This document shows positions 37,461 through 51,689 of a DNA stretch of 64,000 bases, one piece after another. The position numbers and the translations under genes were made by a program. A model generated the notes under the pieces. That model saw only the letters and a program-made list of their open reading frames with translations, searched no databases and was not told where the DNA came from. Origin of the DNA: Octopus sinensis (Eukaryota); NCBI RefSeq assembly GCF_006345805.1, contig NC_042998.1, forward strand, positions 198,524,001 through 198,588,000, given 5' to 3'. The first letter of the stretch is position 1, and every line of letters starts with the position of its first letter.

Positions 37461-37605
37461 CCGTAAATCCTCGAGTATAGTCCGCCCTTGAGTATAATAC
37501 GCAAGGGATTTTTAGGGGGGGGTGTACGTCTGAAAATCCTAAACCTTGTGTATAATACGCACCCCTTCTCTAACTTGAGTCAAGGAGGTCTATATAACGT
37601 CCTTA
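37461..37605 (+). mobile_element. Terminal fragment of a pogo/Tc2-like DNA transposon
   Basis: TA|CCGTAAATCCTCGAGTATA start with a repeated gtataatacgca subterminal motif. Confidence 0.5.
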
Positions 37606-37670
37606 TATAGGCACGCGCGCGCACACACACATGCACACACATACACACACACAAAATGGGTATGAGTTAT

Positions 37671-38056
37671 GGATGGAAGCACTCCGTCAGTTACGACGAC
37701 GAGAATTCCGGTTGATCCGAATCAACGGAACAGCCTGCTCGTGAAATTAACGTGTAAGTGGCTGAGCTCTCCACAGACACGTGTACCCTTAACGTAGTTC
37801 TCGGGGATATTCAGCGTGACACAGAGTGACAAGGCCGGCCCCTTGAAATACAGGTACAACAGAAACAGGAAGTAAGAGTGAGAGAAAGTTGTGGTGAAAG
37901 AGTACAGTAGGGATCACCACCATCCCCTGCCGGAGCCTCGTGGAGCTTTAGGTGTTTTCGCTCAATAAACACTCACAACGCCCGGTCTGGGAATCGAAAC
38001 CGCGATCCTATGACCGCGAGTCCGCTGCTCTAACCACTGGGCCATTGCGCCTCCAC
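37671..38056 (-). mobile_element. SINE family C
   Basis: Full-length copy; TSD gtatgagttat. Confidence 0.9.
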
Positions 38057-38164
38057 TCGTATGAGTTATAAATGCCCACTCATCTTCATTTAACCTAACC
38101 GGGATACCGCTCCCTGTAAGTTTTCTACTTGTGTGGTTGACATATAACAAAAAAGGGGAAAATC

Positions 38165-41070
38165 AAGTTAATTTTTGGATCTTGGAACACCAGAGCAATG
38201 TTGGATGTAACTACAACTGGAAGGCTCGACCGAAGAACTACGGTAGTCCCTAGAGAATTCATGTACCGATGTTAAGACATTGCTACATTGTTCGAAAAAA
38301 AAGGTTGAGAGGACAAGGAGATTTACGAGTCCAAAAGTAGAGTTTTTTTCTGGTCAACAAATGAGAAAGCTGTTTGGATTGAAGCTGGTATCGACTTAGA
38401 CATCGTGAGCATTCTTGTCAGCAAACTGGCGTGACTTTCTGTTGTTATATACGATAGGTAAACGAAGGTGAGATTATCCTTGGCAGGTAATCGGAGTGTG
38501 AGTGTTTTTAGTGTCTATACTCCTACGATGACAGTCCACTAGAATAAGGAGGATATCCTTGATTCAGTCGGAACGAGCAAACAACAAAAAAGTTACTTTT
38601 TCTCGGATATTTTAATGCAAGACTGGGGAGGGCTTATAAAGCGTGGAAGCGAACTTTAGGTCAATATAGGAAAAGACAGTGTCAAATCCAGTAGACAATG
38701 AACAACTTCTACTTATAATATAGAGCAGATATGATCTAGACGTGGCAAACACTTTTCAGCTTCTTAGAAAGTGGTTTTACAGGTGGAGTCATCTATATCA
38801 AAGTGATGGCATTTGGTGGACTACATACTTGACCTATGACACTGTAAATATAAACCTGAGACATTGCAAGTATAAGCTTCACACATGCCATGATCCTTTA
38901 TCGATACGTACCACATGCAATTGGACTGAGTCTCATCAAGAAAACTGGATGTCCACAAACTAAAAAATTCTCAGTGCATCATGCGCTTGCATCAAATACG
39001 ACCAGCTGACTAAAATTGTTACGTGAATCTGCAGCAGACGATACTGCACCAGCCGATACTTGCCATGCATAGTTTGCGTGAGACAATCTACAAGATATTT
39101 GATGCTTGAATCGGCTTTAACAAACGAATGCATGCAGACTGGCTTGATGAAAACGTTTCAAAGATAGAACAACTGTTATCTGAAAGATGGATGTACCATC
39201 AAGTCACCAGCCGACTCAATAATGCTGTAAAGGAAACTTCAGAGGTTCAATGATCAACAGAGAGACAACAAGGCGTAGGAAATTCAGACCTTCTTGCTAT
39301 TTCTCACAACCTGAAAATCTTTTATGTTAATCTGAGTGAGGTACTTAGTTCCCTAAAAGACGTTAGCACATCAATGTTGATTAAGGCTGGTTCACATCTC
39401 CACACAGAGGAAAACGATATCATGAAGCGCTAATATATTAGTAAGCTACTAAGTCGACTCCCAACAATTTTTGCGAGGTTCTGGAATGTATCTAATAACT
39501 CCCAGAAGAAACCAGTTTGGACTTACTGTTGAATATCGAAGAACTGGTAACTACTACCCGCGAGACAACACCAAGGAAAGCTTCTGGCATTGATAACATC
39601 CTCAAAGAAGTCCAAGTACGGTGGTAAGGAATTTCATTGTAGACTTCTCCGATTTTCCAGAGAATGCTTGCAATGTGCTAACGTCTCCAGTAGTTCAAAG
39701 ATGTACAAATAGCCACCATTTACATGGGGCGGGGTGACCAGTAAGATTTTGGAAATTACTGGGAAATTTCCCTCGCGAGAAAATTCTTGCAAAGTACTGT
39801 TCAAACGATTGCAGGAAGATATCCAAATTCTTCTTGAAAGCAAGATTTCGTACATCTGGGAGCACCGACGACATGATTTTTGTCTCACGCCAATTTTAGA
39901 AGAATTCTACAGAACAATTTTTAATCATCGTATTCATTTGCTCTAGGAAAGCTTCCGACTGTATGATGCAGAATAGGCTCTGCTCAAAAGATACGTTCGA
40001 CAAATTTGTGGAAATAGTCAAAGTTCCATGATGGTATGTCTGCAAGTTCCATGATGGTATGTCTGCAAGTTCCATGATGGTATGTCTGCCACGATTTTCT
40101 TCACTTCATGGCCTCCTTTTTAGATGCTCACGGAGCAAAGCAGAACTGTGTACTCGTTCCAAAACTATTTGCATTATTTCTGGGTGTTGCGCGCCAAAGG
40201 ATTGCGAGTCACCTCACAGGTGGAGTGGATGGTGGTTTGTTAAATCTAACTAGTGTAAGATTCATTAGCGGGTGCCATGATATGTGCATTTGTGAACTTT
40301 TCGCCGATGAATCTTTTGGCTCATTCTCTGGAATATATCCAGAAAATTAGACATTATTTGAATGTACAGTAACAGCTTCCGTCTTGTCAATGAATGCAAA
40401 AGAGACCAAACTTTCAACTTAAACTTGGAGTACTGAGACATTATCCTCTAACCATCATGACCACAAATCTACCTCTGGGTGCATTGAAATTCACATATCT
40501 GAGTAGAGCGAATTCTGGTGCAAACAGCCAGGAGAGATGAATAGCCTCATTGGTCGCTTTCGGGAAGTTCGTTGAATGACTTGCAAACGACGAGGCATAA
40601 AACTGTCATCAAAATGCAAAGAACATTTATTTACAAGACTGCATCTCCAGCCAGGAGCTCATGCAGTGCGCAAATATGCACCGAGGGTATCCTGCTGGAA
40701 TCGCAGTTGCACTGGGTGGAGCACGTGAATTGTACGGAGTATATTCGAACCCTCAAAGGCTGTACTCTACAGTGAGCTGAAATACTAAAGCCGATGAAGA
40801 GGGTACACGTTATAAGGATGTCATCTACAATATTTTATAGAAGCAAGTGGACTGATTGCAATTGCATGGGACAAGGCAGCGAGGGAAGGTTTATAAAGAA
40901 AGGAACAAATTTTTTCAGCATCGAATTGGGTGAAAGAAGAAGATGCAAGAAAAAGCTTGAGCAAGACTCTCTACTTCAGGACTGCTAACAAATTTTCTGC
41001 AATACCTGTTGTCATCGTTGTGCTGGCACCTTTAATCTATAACCCTAGTGCCAAACATCGTCGATGAAGT
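38165..41070 (+). mobile_element. Ancient, heavily decayed RTE-clade LINE
   Basis: Broken frames give GSWNTRAML, VFSVYTPTM, DFNAR-like, GKASGIDNI, FHDGMSA, HGAKQNCVLVPKLF, ELFAD and QLHWVEHV, in RTE order. Confidence 0.75.
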
Positions 41071-41099
41071 TTCTTCATATTTCGACTACAGTTGATACT

Positions 41100-41131
<32 letters not shown>

Positions 41132-41550
41132 AGTAGATGTGTGTGTGTGTGTGTGTGTGTAATTGCTGATGTAAAAGACTACGGTTATCGTCTTCCCTCA
41201 TTTCAGTATCTTTCATCTCTCACTTTCTCTTTCTCTCTCTCCTCTCCTCTCCTCTCCTCTCTGATAATATAGACTTCATCGGGAGGTCATTAGTAAACTC
41301 TACGTGGTTGCTCAGCCTTCTAGAAATAACAGCTAAATTATCCTCCACACACCACGTTTACCGTCACAGACGAACACATTGGGTAATTAGACGCAGATAC
41401 GTCATGTGAAAAAAGCCGGGATGCTCACGACTGGAATGTCTACTTATTAGTCCTGTTTGCTCAACTCTGACCTTGGGCTAAGTAACAGACAAAAGGTCAA
41501 AATGACGAAATATGTAACTTTACTTGTATCGTAGCGTGTGTGTGTGTGTA

Positions 41551-41611
<61 letters not shown>

Positions 41612-41887
41612 AGAAAAGGAGATAGATAGACAGAGTCTGTGTATCTATGGAAGGTGTCCATGTGATTATATGTGAGACGTATGTAGTTGAAGCTAATACA
41701 GAGTGTATATGTGTGTAGTTGAAAGCATCATTATTTGAGCGTGTGTACACAATCACTGCGTGTGTGTGTGTGTGTGTGTGTGTGCGAAGTTGAAATTATT
41801 ACATTATATGTTCGCATACGTGTGCATGTGTGCTCATGTATGTATGTGTATGTGTAGTTGAAAGTGCCGGTGTACAGGTTATTGATA

Positions 41888-42279
41888 AGGCGGCAAGCTG
41901 GCAGAACCGGGCGAAATGCTTAGCGGTATTTCGTCTGCCGTTACGTTCTCAGTTCAAATTCTGCCGAGGTCGACTTTGCCTTTAATCCTTTCGGGGTCGG
42001 TTAAATAAGTACCAGTTACGCACTGGGGTCGATATAATCGACTTAATCCCTTTGTCTGTCCTTGTTTGCCCTCTCTGTGTTTAGCCCCTTGTGGGTAGTA
42101 AAGAAATAGGTATTTCGTCTGCCGATACGTTCTAAGTTCAAATTCCGCCGAGGTCGACTTTCGGGGTCGATTAAATAAGTACCAGTTACGCACTGTGGTC
42201 GATATAATCGACTTAATCCGTCTGTCTGTCCTTGTTTGTCCTCTCTGTGTTTAGCCCCTTGTGGATAGTATAGAAATAG
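41888..42279 (+). mobile_element. SINE family B dimer
   Basis: TSD gtacaggttattgata. Confidence 0.9.
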
Positions 42280-42701
42280 GTACAGGTTATTGATATTCAG
42301 AAAGATGAGTATGGAAGATCCTAAGTTGATATGAATTGCATTTAAGTTGGTGAGATTTTTTGCTGCGTAGTTATTGCTTCATAAGTAATAGCAGCAACAG
42401 TTGAACCCAGTTTCAACTGTTGCTGCTACTAAGTCGAACAGACCTATGACCAAACAGCTTTAATACGCTTTCTTTTTTCTGTCTCTGGTACATTTATAAT
42501 TATGACTATCTTATCAAATGTGCCCTTTCTAGAGATTCACGTGATTTTATGTAATGGTATTCTATCTTGGAATTATTGAAAAGTAGAAGTTGCAGAAACA
42601 GGCCCCAGATAAAAACCCCCAAAACAAAAAAAACAAAACGATACAAAAACAGTTCAAACAGATGACGATAGAAGTGTTGCATTGGACACATTTATACATC
42701 A

Positions 42702-43504
42702 CTAGCAGTATCGCCCGGCGTTGCTCGGGTTTGTAAGGGAAATGACTATATAAGCATTTTTAGAGAGTTATAGCCAAAAAATAGCAAAAAAATGCATTAA
42801 AAGTGGAAAACAAATGATGGTAAATTTTTTAAAAAATCGTTGACTCATCGTAGACATTTTAGAGAGTTACTTCCCTTATATAATAGCGAAAAAATGCATT
42901 ACAATGGAAAAAAATTATGGTAAATTTTTTTTTAAATCGTTGACTCATCGTAGACATTTTTAGAGAGTTACTTCCCTTATATAATAGCGAAAAAATGCAT
43001 TAAAAATGGAAAAAAAATTATGGTAAATTTTTTAAAAAATCGTTGACTCATCGTAGACATTTTAGAGAGTTACTTCCCTTATATAATAGCGAAAAAAATG
43101 CATTAAAATGGAAAAAAATTATGGTAAATTAAAAAAAAAATCGTTGACTCATCGTAGACATTTTTAGAGAGTTACTTCCCTTATATAATAGCGAAAAATG
43201 CATTAAAAATGGAAAAAAGTTATGATAAATTTCTTTAAAAATCGTTGACTCATCGTAGACATTTTTAGAGAGTTACTTCCCTTATATAATAGCGAAAAAA
43301 TGCATTCAAATGGAAAAAAATTATGGTAAATTTTTTAAAAAATTGTTGACTCATCGTATACGCGCGCTTAAACCCAGAAGGGCTCGATATGAATCACGAC
43401 TATAAGATACCCGGTTTTGGTTAAACTGCACCGCAAAATGTGGGAGTAGTTATGAATCTAAATCGTAGGAGACAGACACACAACTTCTCTTTTATATATA
43501 AAGA
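42702..43504 (-). mobile_element. Non-autonomous Helitron, family H2, with an internal ~101-bp minisatellite x6
   Basis: Minus strand has A|TC 5' end and hairpin plus CTAG|T 3' end; six tandem units at about 42755-43360. Confidence 0.85.
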
Positions 43505-43937
43505 TTACACTTCAAAAATAGTCACATATCTAATCAACGAGGAGTAACCCTTTATTATTACGTTTATGATCAACTAACTGACATAAGGTCCCAGCCAAAT
43601 TTAGAACCACATCCTTTTATCAGCCTTTTTTTTCCCCGCATATTTTTGAATTTCAAGACAGCGAGCTAGCAGAATCGTTACCTCGCCGGACAAAATGATT
43701 CGCAGCATTTTGTCCGTCTTTACATTCTGAGTTCATATTCTTAGGTCAACTTTGCCTTTAATCCTTTCAGAGTCGATGAAATAAGTACCAGTTGGACACG
43801 GAGGTCGATGTAATCCATCAGCGCCCTCCTTAAACATTTCTGGCCTTGTACCTTTAGAAGAAAAGAGTATTCCTGAGATTTGCCGCGCTTTTTGAAATTG
43901 ATTTCTTTCGTATAGTCAAAAGTGTTATAATGCTATT

Positions 43938-44181
43938 GTAGCATATCTGATATCCTCACTGTTTGAGAAACACTGTAAGAATGATCTCGTTTGAGATTAC
44001 ATCCATCTTTGGCTAGTTCGACCCTGTTGTGTCCACTGATCTGATTGGTTGACATCTAGTGTCTTCATAGCTGGAGCAATAGCAGTGGATACAACAGGGT
44101 CGAACTAGCCAAAGATGGATGTAATCTCAAACGAGATCATTCTTATTGTTTCTCAAACAGTGAGGATATCAGATATGCTAC
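43938..44181. repeat. Long inverted repeat with ~100-bp arms and a 44-bp spacer
   Basis: 43938-44038 is the near-perfect reverse complement of 44083-44181. Confidence 0.92.
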
Positions 44182-45267
44182 TCTATCAACGGCAGACACG
44201 GGACACCAAACATGGCTTATTGGAATAAAATAATATTTTTTTGTTTATTAAGAGATAAAGAGAATGTGAGTTCATTATTGTGACGGTGCAAATGTACGTA
44301 ACCAATAACAGAGACATCAGAATTCAAAGAACTTTGATCCTCCAGCGTTACTCATTGATCTTCGTGGTAGACAGAAGACAGACAATTTCACCGACAGATC
44401 TGATAAAACTCTTTATCAGTAAAGAAGCTTGCATTGTATCTGAAATGATATCAAGGACTTTCCAGAGGTAGTGGAAGCAGCTTTAAACAATGCATCGCAC
44501 AAAAAGCCCTCCAGCAAGGCGCAATAATCGTGAAATTATTTTATTAGTCTTTGCTAACAGGTTTCAAATTGAGATAGAAATTATTATACTTATATTATTC
44601 TTTTATGATACTTTGTGGCTTATATACTGCTGTGTTGTAATTTATATGAGATATGCTGTTATGAGGATATTTATTTTTATGCTACCAGTTCACTTATCTT
44701 TTACCAATTGTTCATGGAGTAAAAATATTGTGACAAATGAACATTATTTTCGTTTACCTCCTTTATTAGGCAGACCCAGTGACTACATAGAAAATTCTTT
44801 GCTGGGTCGCAGAGTTCTCCGTAAGTTTGATGTCTGTCGTTAGATACCGAACTCTGGCAAGAAACAACACAGTTCTTCTATTAAAATTATGAGAAACCCA
44901 TGGTCACAAAATATTTAGTCCACTAAAACTTTGCTATACCCGAAAGCATAAAAATATACAGCCCAACAGCAGACTTAATGAGAATAATGAAAAATATATC
45001 CCACTTGTGACAACCTTGTGAAATATAAACACTCACAAATCTTCATTCACTGCATGCAATTCTCCGGGTAGAGACAACAGAACAGATTCAATGGGTAGAA
45101 TGGAACCAAGAAACAAAAAAACATTAAAGAAACAATAGAAAAATGATGTGAACTGAACCTGCCCTATGTATCAGAGAAAAATCACAGAATAGAATAGAAA
45201 GAATAAATAAGAGGTGGGTGGGGTAGACTCATGATATAAGAACAGCAAATTCCAAGTAACAGTGTTT

Positions 45268-45866
45268 ATTTCTTTATTGCCCACAAGGGGCTAAACATAG
45301 AAGGGACAAACAAGGACATACAAAGGGATTAAGTCGATTACATCGACCCCAGTGCGTAACTGGTACTTATTTAATCGACCCTGAAAGGATGAAAGGCAAA
45401 GTCGACCACGCCGGAATTTGAACTCAGAACGTAACGGCAGACGAAATATCTATTTTTTTTACAACCCACAAGGGGCTAAACACAGAGAGGACAAACAAGG
45501 ACAGATAGACGGATTAAGTCGATTGCATCGACACCAGTGCGTAACTGGTACTTAATTAATCAACCCTGAAAGGATGAAAGGCAAAGTCGACCTCGGCGGA
45601 ATTTGAACTCAGAATGTAACGGCAGACGAAATACCTATTTCTTTACTACCCACAAGGGGCTAAACACAGAGAGGACAAACAAGGCCGGAAAAACGGATTA
45701 ATTAGATTATATCGACCCCAGTGCGTAACTGGTACTTATTTAATCAACTCCGAAAGGATGAAAGGCAAAGTCAACCTCGGCGGAATTTTAACTCAGAACG
45801 TAACGGCAGACGAAATACCGCTAAGCATTTTGCCCGGCATGCTAACGTTTCTGCCAGCTCGCCGCT
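45268..45866 (-). mobile_element. SINE family B trimer
   Basis: Imperfect TSD tccaagta(a/g)ca(g/a)tgtttatt. Confidence 0.9.
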
Positions 45867-46397
45867 CTCCAAGTAGCAATGTTTATTGCTGCTACTCACC
45901 CAGGTAAATAACCTTCTGAGTTCAGGAAAGCGTCAAGGGAAGAGCAACTTAAAATCAAAGTAATTCAAAACCTGACAGATCTAGAGCATGAGTAAGGGAA
46001 ACATTCTTTTAAAAAGCCGCCTGTGCCAACAATAATTACATATTATGCAAAATGAATTCAAAGATAAATTATGAAACTGAAAATGTAGTAAATCGTATGA
46101 TACATAAAAGACAAATATAAGAACACTATCACTATTTATATTGCAGAAAAGAAATGACCCACAACATAGCAGAAATGACAGAGGAAGACAGACGTATGTA
46201 CAAAGAAAACAAACCAATATTAGCAAACACTCTGTTAACGTATCCACACAACCCTACACAGACAAGTAAAAGAACTTATACTCATATTAGAAACCGAGAA
46301 CGAACTTAACAGAAAATACGAACAAAATAACATCACTAGATGCAAAACATAGATACTTCACCATCACTAATATGTATGTATGTAAATATGTGTATAT

Positions 46398-46822
46398 AGG
46401 TGTAGGAGTGACTGGGTGGTAAGTAGCTTGCTTACCAACCACATGGTTCCGGGTTCAGTTCCACTGCGTGGCACCTTGGGCAAGTGCCTTCTACTATAGC
46501 CTCGGGTCGACCGAAGCCTTGTGAGTGGATTTGGTAGACGGAAACTGAAAGAAGCCCGTCGTATATGTGTATATATATATATGTATATATGTATGTGTGT
46601 GTGTTTGTGTGTCTGTGTTTGTCCCCCCAACATCGCTTGACAACCGATGCTGGTGTGTTTACGTCCCCGTAACTTAGCGATTCAGCAAAAGAGACCGATA
46701 GAATAAGTACTAGGCTTACAAAGAATAAGTCCTGGGTCGATTTGCTCGACTAAAGGCGGTGCTCCAGCATGGCCACAGTCAAATGACTGAAACAAGTAAA
46801 AGAGTAAAAAGAGTAAAAGAGT
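46398..46822 (+). mobile_element. SINE family A
   Basis: Full-length copy with (GTAAAAGA)n tail. Confidence 0.9.
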
Positions 46823-46827
46823 ATCTA

Positions 46828-46874
<47 letters not shown>

Positions 46875-47204
46875 GTATGTATTTATGTATGTATGTATAA
46901 AGCAAATAAAATATACATTTTTTATATACACATGCATACAAACACATATACAGACAGCTAAACATATAACTGCACACACGCGCGAGTACACAAATCGTTT
47001 TGAATGGTGAATTTCGATGAAGATAAAGCCATAAATAATATAATGTGATTTTTTTCTATTCAAGGTGTTTTTAACACAATATTCTACTTGGTATTTTTTG
47101 TAGCTTTATCTGCTGAGAGTTCCATTATTAAAAAAAACCAATTTATTTCATAACTCTCGAACTTTCTGAATTCTTAAGACGCCAACAATATTTACATACA
47201 TGCA

Positions 47205-47450
<246 letters not shown>

Positions 47451-47462
47451 CATACACATATA

Positions 47463-48548
47463 CAGACAGGACAGAAGTACATAGACACTCCATAAAACAG
47501 TGTTTATTTTTTTTTAACTTGAAAACATTGATATTTTTTATTAATGGACATTTTTATGTATCAGATTTTATAAGTGACTGTTTAATCATCCCATGTACAA
47601 TAGAAGCCTTGGAACTGTCCAAATTTCAAAGAAGCCGTATTATGGGTCAATCTGAAGGTGGAGTTAGCGTAAAATTGCAAAAATCTTTGGGATCCCGCTT
47701 TCTACAGTTAACAGGGTGATTGTGTAATTCATCAGAGAAGAGAAGTCCACATCACCTTGCCCAGGTCGACCAGGGCCCTCTGACAGGACGCTTTGCTTTG
47801 TTAAGTGAAGTGTGGAGGGTAATCCTCATTGCAAGGCATCTGGCATTGCGTCCCAGAAAAGCTGTCAGGTATCTCTACAAACTTGGCTACTATGGCAGAG
47901 CAGCAAGAAGGAAGCCACTTCTTTAACCAGCCAATATCAAGTGGAGAAAAGATTGGGCCAGTGAGGTGATGGAGTAGCCGCTAGCATTTTGGGACACTAC
48001 CATATCCTCTGATGAGTCCAGATTTACTGCATTTTCTGACAATGGTCGGGTGTGGGTCTGGAGACTGTGATCAAGAATTTGACATGAAACGATTGCTGCC
48101 AACAATGAAACAAGGCAGCTATTCTGTGATGGTCTGGGGAGCAATTTGGAGCAATGGTCAATCAGGTCTGATGGAGTGTGATAGAAGCATAAACGTAGAT
48201 AAATATGTGTTCATATTGCAGAAAGGACTCCTTCCAATCTTGACCAATGGTAAAATGATTAAAGAAGACTCTTTATGGAAGATGAGGCTCTTTGTCATAC
48301 GGCTAAAAAGACCCAAGATTGCTTGGAAAAGTATGGCATTAAAAAAACTTCCATAGCCAAGCCAGTCACCAGATATGAACCCTATTGAACACTTCTGGGG
48401 CATAATGGACAGGACACTTCGTAAAAAGAAGAAAGCATCCTCAAAGCCAGATCTTCTTAGATTACTGCATGAAACTTGGCAAGAAATTCCCCAAGAGAAT
48501 ATTCCTCATCTGATCAGTAGCATGCCTTATAGGATCCTTGCAGTTAGT
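47463..48548 (+). mobile_element. Degenerate Tc1 transposon
   Basis: TA|CAG terminus; LGYYGRAARRKPLL, SDESRF, VMVWGAI, SPDMNPIEHFW and LISSMPYRILAV with stops and frameshifts. Confidence 0.88.
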
Positions 48549-48614
48549 AAGACGTCTTCAAACAGTGGCCCTATCTTTCGCAAACTTGTTGAAGGCTTTA
48601 GGATTATTTTTATA

Positions 48615-49005
48615 CTAGCAGTATCGCCCGGCGTTGCTCGAGTTTGTTTCGACCCTTTAGAATTGGAATTTTTGAAAAATAGAAATTTTGCATTATGTAG
48701 CTTGTTATTCTCTTTAAGTGAACATTTTTCTGGTTGAAATACACCGAAAAATGGCGACACAGCAGTCAAAAAATCGTAAAAAATAGGGATTTTCATAAAA
48801 AAAAGCAACTTTTTTTATGTAACTAATTTTTAGTGTTAACATGGTCCGATTTGAATTTTTTTCTTCTACGGAAGGAAGAGCAAGCCTTCGTCTATCATAC
48901 TCCCAATTTTGGTCAACTTGTACCGCAGGGTCTCGGAGGAGATAGTGTTAGTTGAAGGCTACCAAACCTGCCATACACATACAACTTCAGCTTTATATAT
49001 AGAGA
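48615..49005 (-). mobile_element. Non-autonomous Helitron, family H1
   Basis: Reverse-complement copy of 16550-16943. Confidence 0.85.
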
Positions 49006-49009
49006 GGTT

Positions 49010-50445
49010 ATCTACCGCCCTGATTTCTCTTTCTATCCTTTCCTTTTCATGGGCGATACCTAAAAGTCTCTCTATTAATAGGGATTTCTCGTTGTCAATA
49101 AGTTGTTTAAACGAGTGAAGAGCTTTATTCTCTGTCTCATAAGGACTCACCTGTCTTGAGGAATGATGTTTTTGTCTGTGGTTGCTCTCTTCTCTGAGAC
49201 AAATTTAATGCATATGGCTCGCATTATTGTCATGAATTCTTTAAGTTTCATATGAATGTCTTTCATAGAAAGATTTTTAGGCCAATTTTGCTGGATAATC
49301 CGTTTTTCAATTGACTTCCAGTCAGTCTTGTAAAGTTCAGACTAGACAGAGTTTGACTGCCATCTGTATGGTAAACATCATTAATTGGTTTTGGACCATA
49401 CATCGTCATGTTGTGGTCTTAGACGATTGTAAGTGTTATCTTCACGTTGTTGGTGAAACAGAGGTCTAATATGTTATCATTCCAGGCTGGGGAGAGTATT
49501 GTTTGCTCCATGAATAGCATTTTAGTGAGGTCAAGTAGAGATTCTACATGGTTTCGTTCTTTGCATGTCAATCTTGAGATTATGTGGCCTTCAAACCATT
49601 TGATGTTGGGGAAGTCACTCATCATAAGTATGTGTTTATTTACTACCCACAAGGAGCTAAACATAGAAGGGACAAACAAGGACAGACAAACGGATTAAGT
49701 CGATTACATCGACCCCAGTGCGTAACTGGTACTTAATTTATCGACCCCGAAAGGATGAAAGGCAAGTCGACCTCGCCGGAATTTGAACTCAGAACCTAAC
49801 GGCAGACGAAATACCTATTTCTTTATTGCCCACAAGGGGCTAAACACAGAGGGGACAAACAAGGACAAACAAAGGGATTAAGTCGATTACATCGACCCCA
49901 GTGCGTAACTGGTCCTTAATTTATCGACCCCGAAAGGATGAAAGGCAAAGTCGACCTCGGCGGAATTTGAACTCAGAACGTAACGGCAGACGAAATACGG
50001 CTACGCATTTCGCCCGGCGCGCTAACGTTTCTGCCAGCTCGCCGTCACTCATCATAAGTATATTTACACTTTGGTCCAATTTTGTAAGCATTTCTTTTAT
50101 CATTGTAAGACTTTCCTCAAATTTACCACCATGATTTGAGGCACCAGGCGGGCGATACAGTATGCATATTACCACATCAAGTTGCATTAAATGCGCCATG
50201 CAGATGTCACAGACCGAGTTTGAGTGTGACAACAGGGTTAGTGGTGTGACATCTTCACGGATGTACCATGCGACTCAATCGTGACTTCATTCCCTTCTGT
50301 CTGCACGGAACACAGCATACATTGATGTATGTGTCTCTGCGTCATTTACATCTGCAAAGAAATGTGTCTCTGTAAGTGCAATGCATATCGCTTGATTGCA
50401 TGTAGAAAGATCCCTCAGGTATGCAGGTTTTTTTATTGCTGTTGT
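49010..50445 (-). mobile_element. CR1-like LINE endonuclease remnant interrupted by a SINE B dimer
   Basis: IALTETHF, CILYRPP, NILMM/SDFPNIKW, NILDLCFTNN. Confidence 0.75.
49635..50043 (-). mobile_element. SINE family B dimer
   Basis: TSD gtcactcatcataagtat. Confidence 0.9.
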
Positions 50446-50586
50446 TTAAAAAAAGCCTCTAATGTTTATTAAAAGAATTGGTGTGATCGTTGGCTTTGCC
50501 GTAATGGTGGCCATCCTGAGTGTGTTATTTGTGGTGGTTCTGTATATACATACATACATATATACATACATACATACATACATACA

Positions 50587-50620
<34 letters not shown>

Positions 50621-50664
50621 CATACATACACTTATACACGATTACTGAAACTCACGTACTGGAG

Positions 50665-50695
<31 letters not shown>

Positions 50696-50865
50696 TATAT
50701 ATAATATATATATATATATATAATATATTTATATATATATATATGTATAATATATTATATATTTATATATATATATATGTATATATATATGTATTATATA
50801 TGTATATATATATTATAATATATATATATATATATTATGTATATATATATATTATATATATATAT

Positions 50866-51255
50866 ACCTGCTCCCGCCACGTTGCCGCACTTGCCCTTAC
50901 CTCTCCAACACCACCCGCCTCACTAGCACCCACCATCGACCCTATCCCATCATCCACTCCTTCACCTGCACCTCCAGCAATATTATCTATTGCATCTCTT
51001 GCTCTCTCTGCAATTCCTTGTACATCGGACAAACGGGACGCCGCTTGGCTGACCGGTTCGCGGAACACCTTCGTGACATCCACCTTGCGAACGACACACC
51101 GGTCTCACGCCATTTCCGCTCCACCGGTCACTCCTTGCAACACCTATCTGTGTTCGGTTTGTCCTTACACAGAGGCCATCCGGATTCCCGTTTGCGCCGT
51201 GAACAGGAATTAATCTTCTCTCTTCGCTCTTATACGCCATTTGGTCTCAACTCTC
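50866..51255 (+). mobile_element. Penelope-like element (Neptune-type) GIY-YIG endonuclease fragment
   Basis: Open frame RCRTCPYL...[40 protein letters not shown]...PVSRHF...[21 protein letters not shown]; begins directly after (TA)n. Confidence 0.88.
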
Positions 51256-51586
51256 CCCCCCCTCCTCATCTAACTCCCCTCTCCCCCCTCCTCACCTATC
51301 CTTTTCCCCCGACCCCTACTTCTTCAGTGCTTCATCCTTTCACCCCTACATCCCCTTCCTTCTCCCTCTTCTCCCTCCCTCCTTCCCTCTCCCCTTTCCC
51401 TCTGCTCCCTCACTCCCCTCTCCCTCTTTCCTCCTTCCTCCCCCTCTCCCTTCCTTCTCCCCCTCCTCTCTCCCCCCCCTCCTCTCCTCTTCCCCCCTCT
51501 CCTCCTCCCCCTTCTCCCCCTTCTTCTCCTCACTACACCAACCACGACTTCACCACATCACATTCATATATGATGTGCCATACTAA

Positions 51587-51686
51587 NNNNNNNNNNNNNN
51601 NNNNNNNNNNNNNNNNNNNNNNNNNNNNNNNNNNNNNNNNNNNNNNNNNNNNNNNNNNNNNNNNNNNNNNNNNNNNNNNNNNNNNN
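51587..51686. other. Assembly gap (100 N)
   Basis: Run of N. Confidence 1.
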
Positions 51687-51689
51687 TAC

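Noticed and set aside
42755-43360. Regular repeats resembling a CRISPR array
   Set aside because: Tandem units with no unique spacers, inside a Helitron in a eukaryotic genome.
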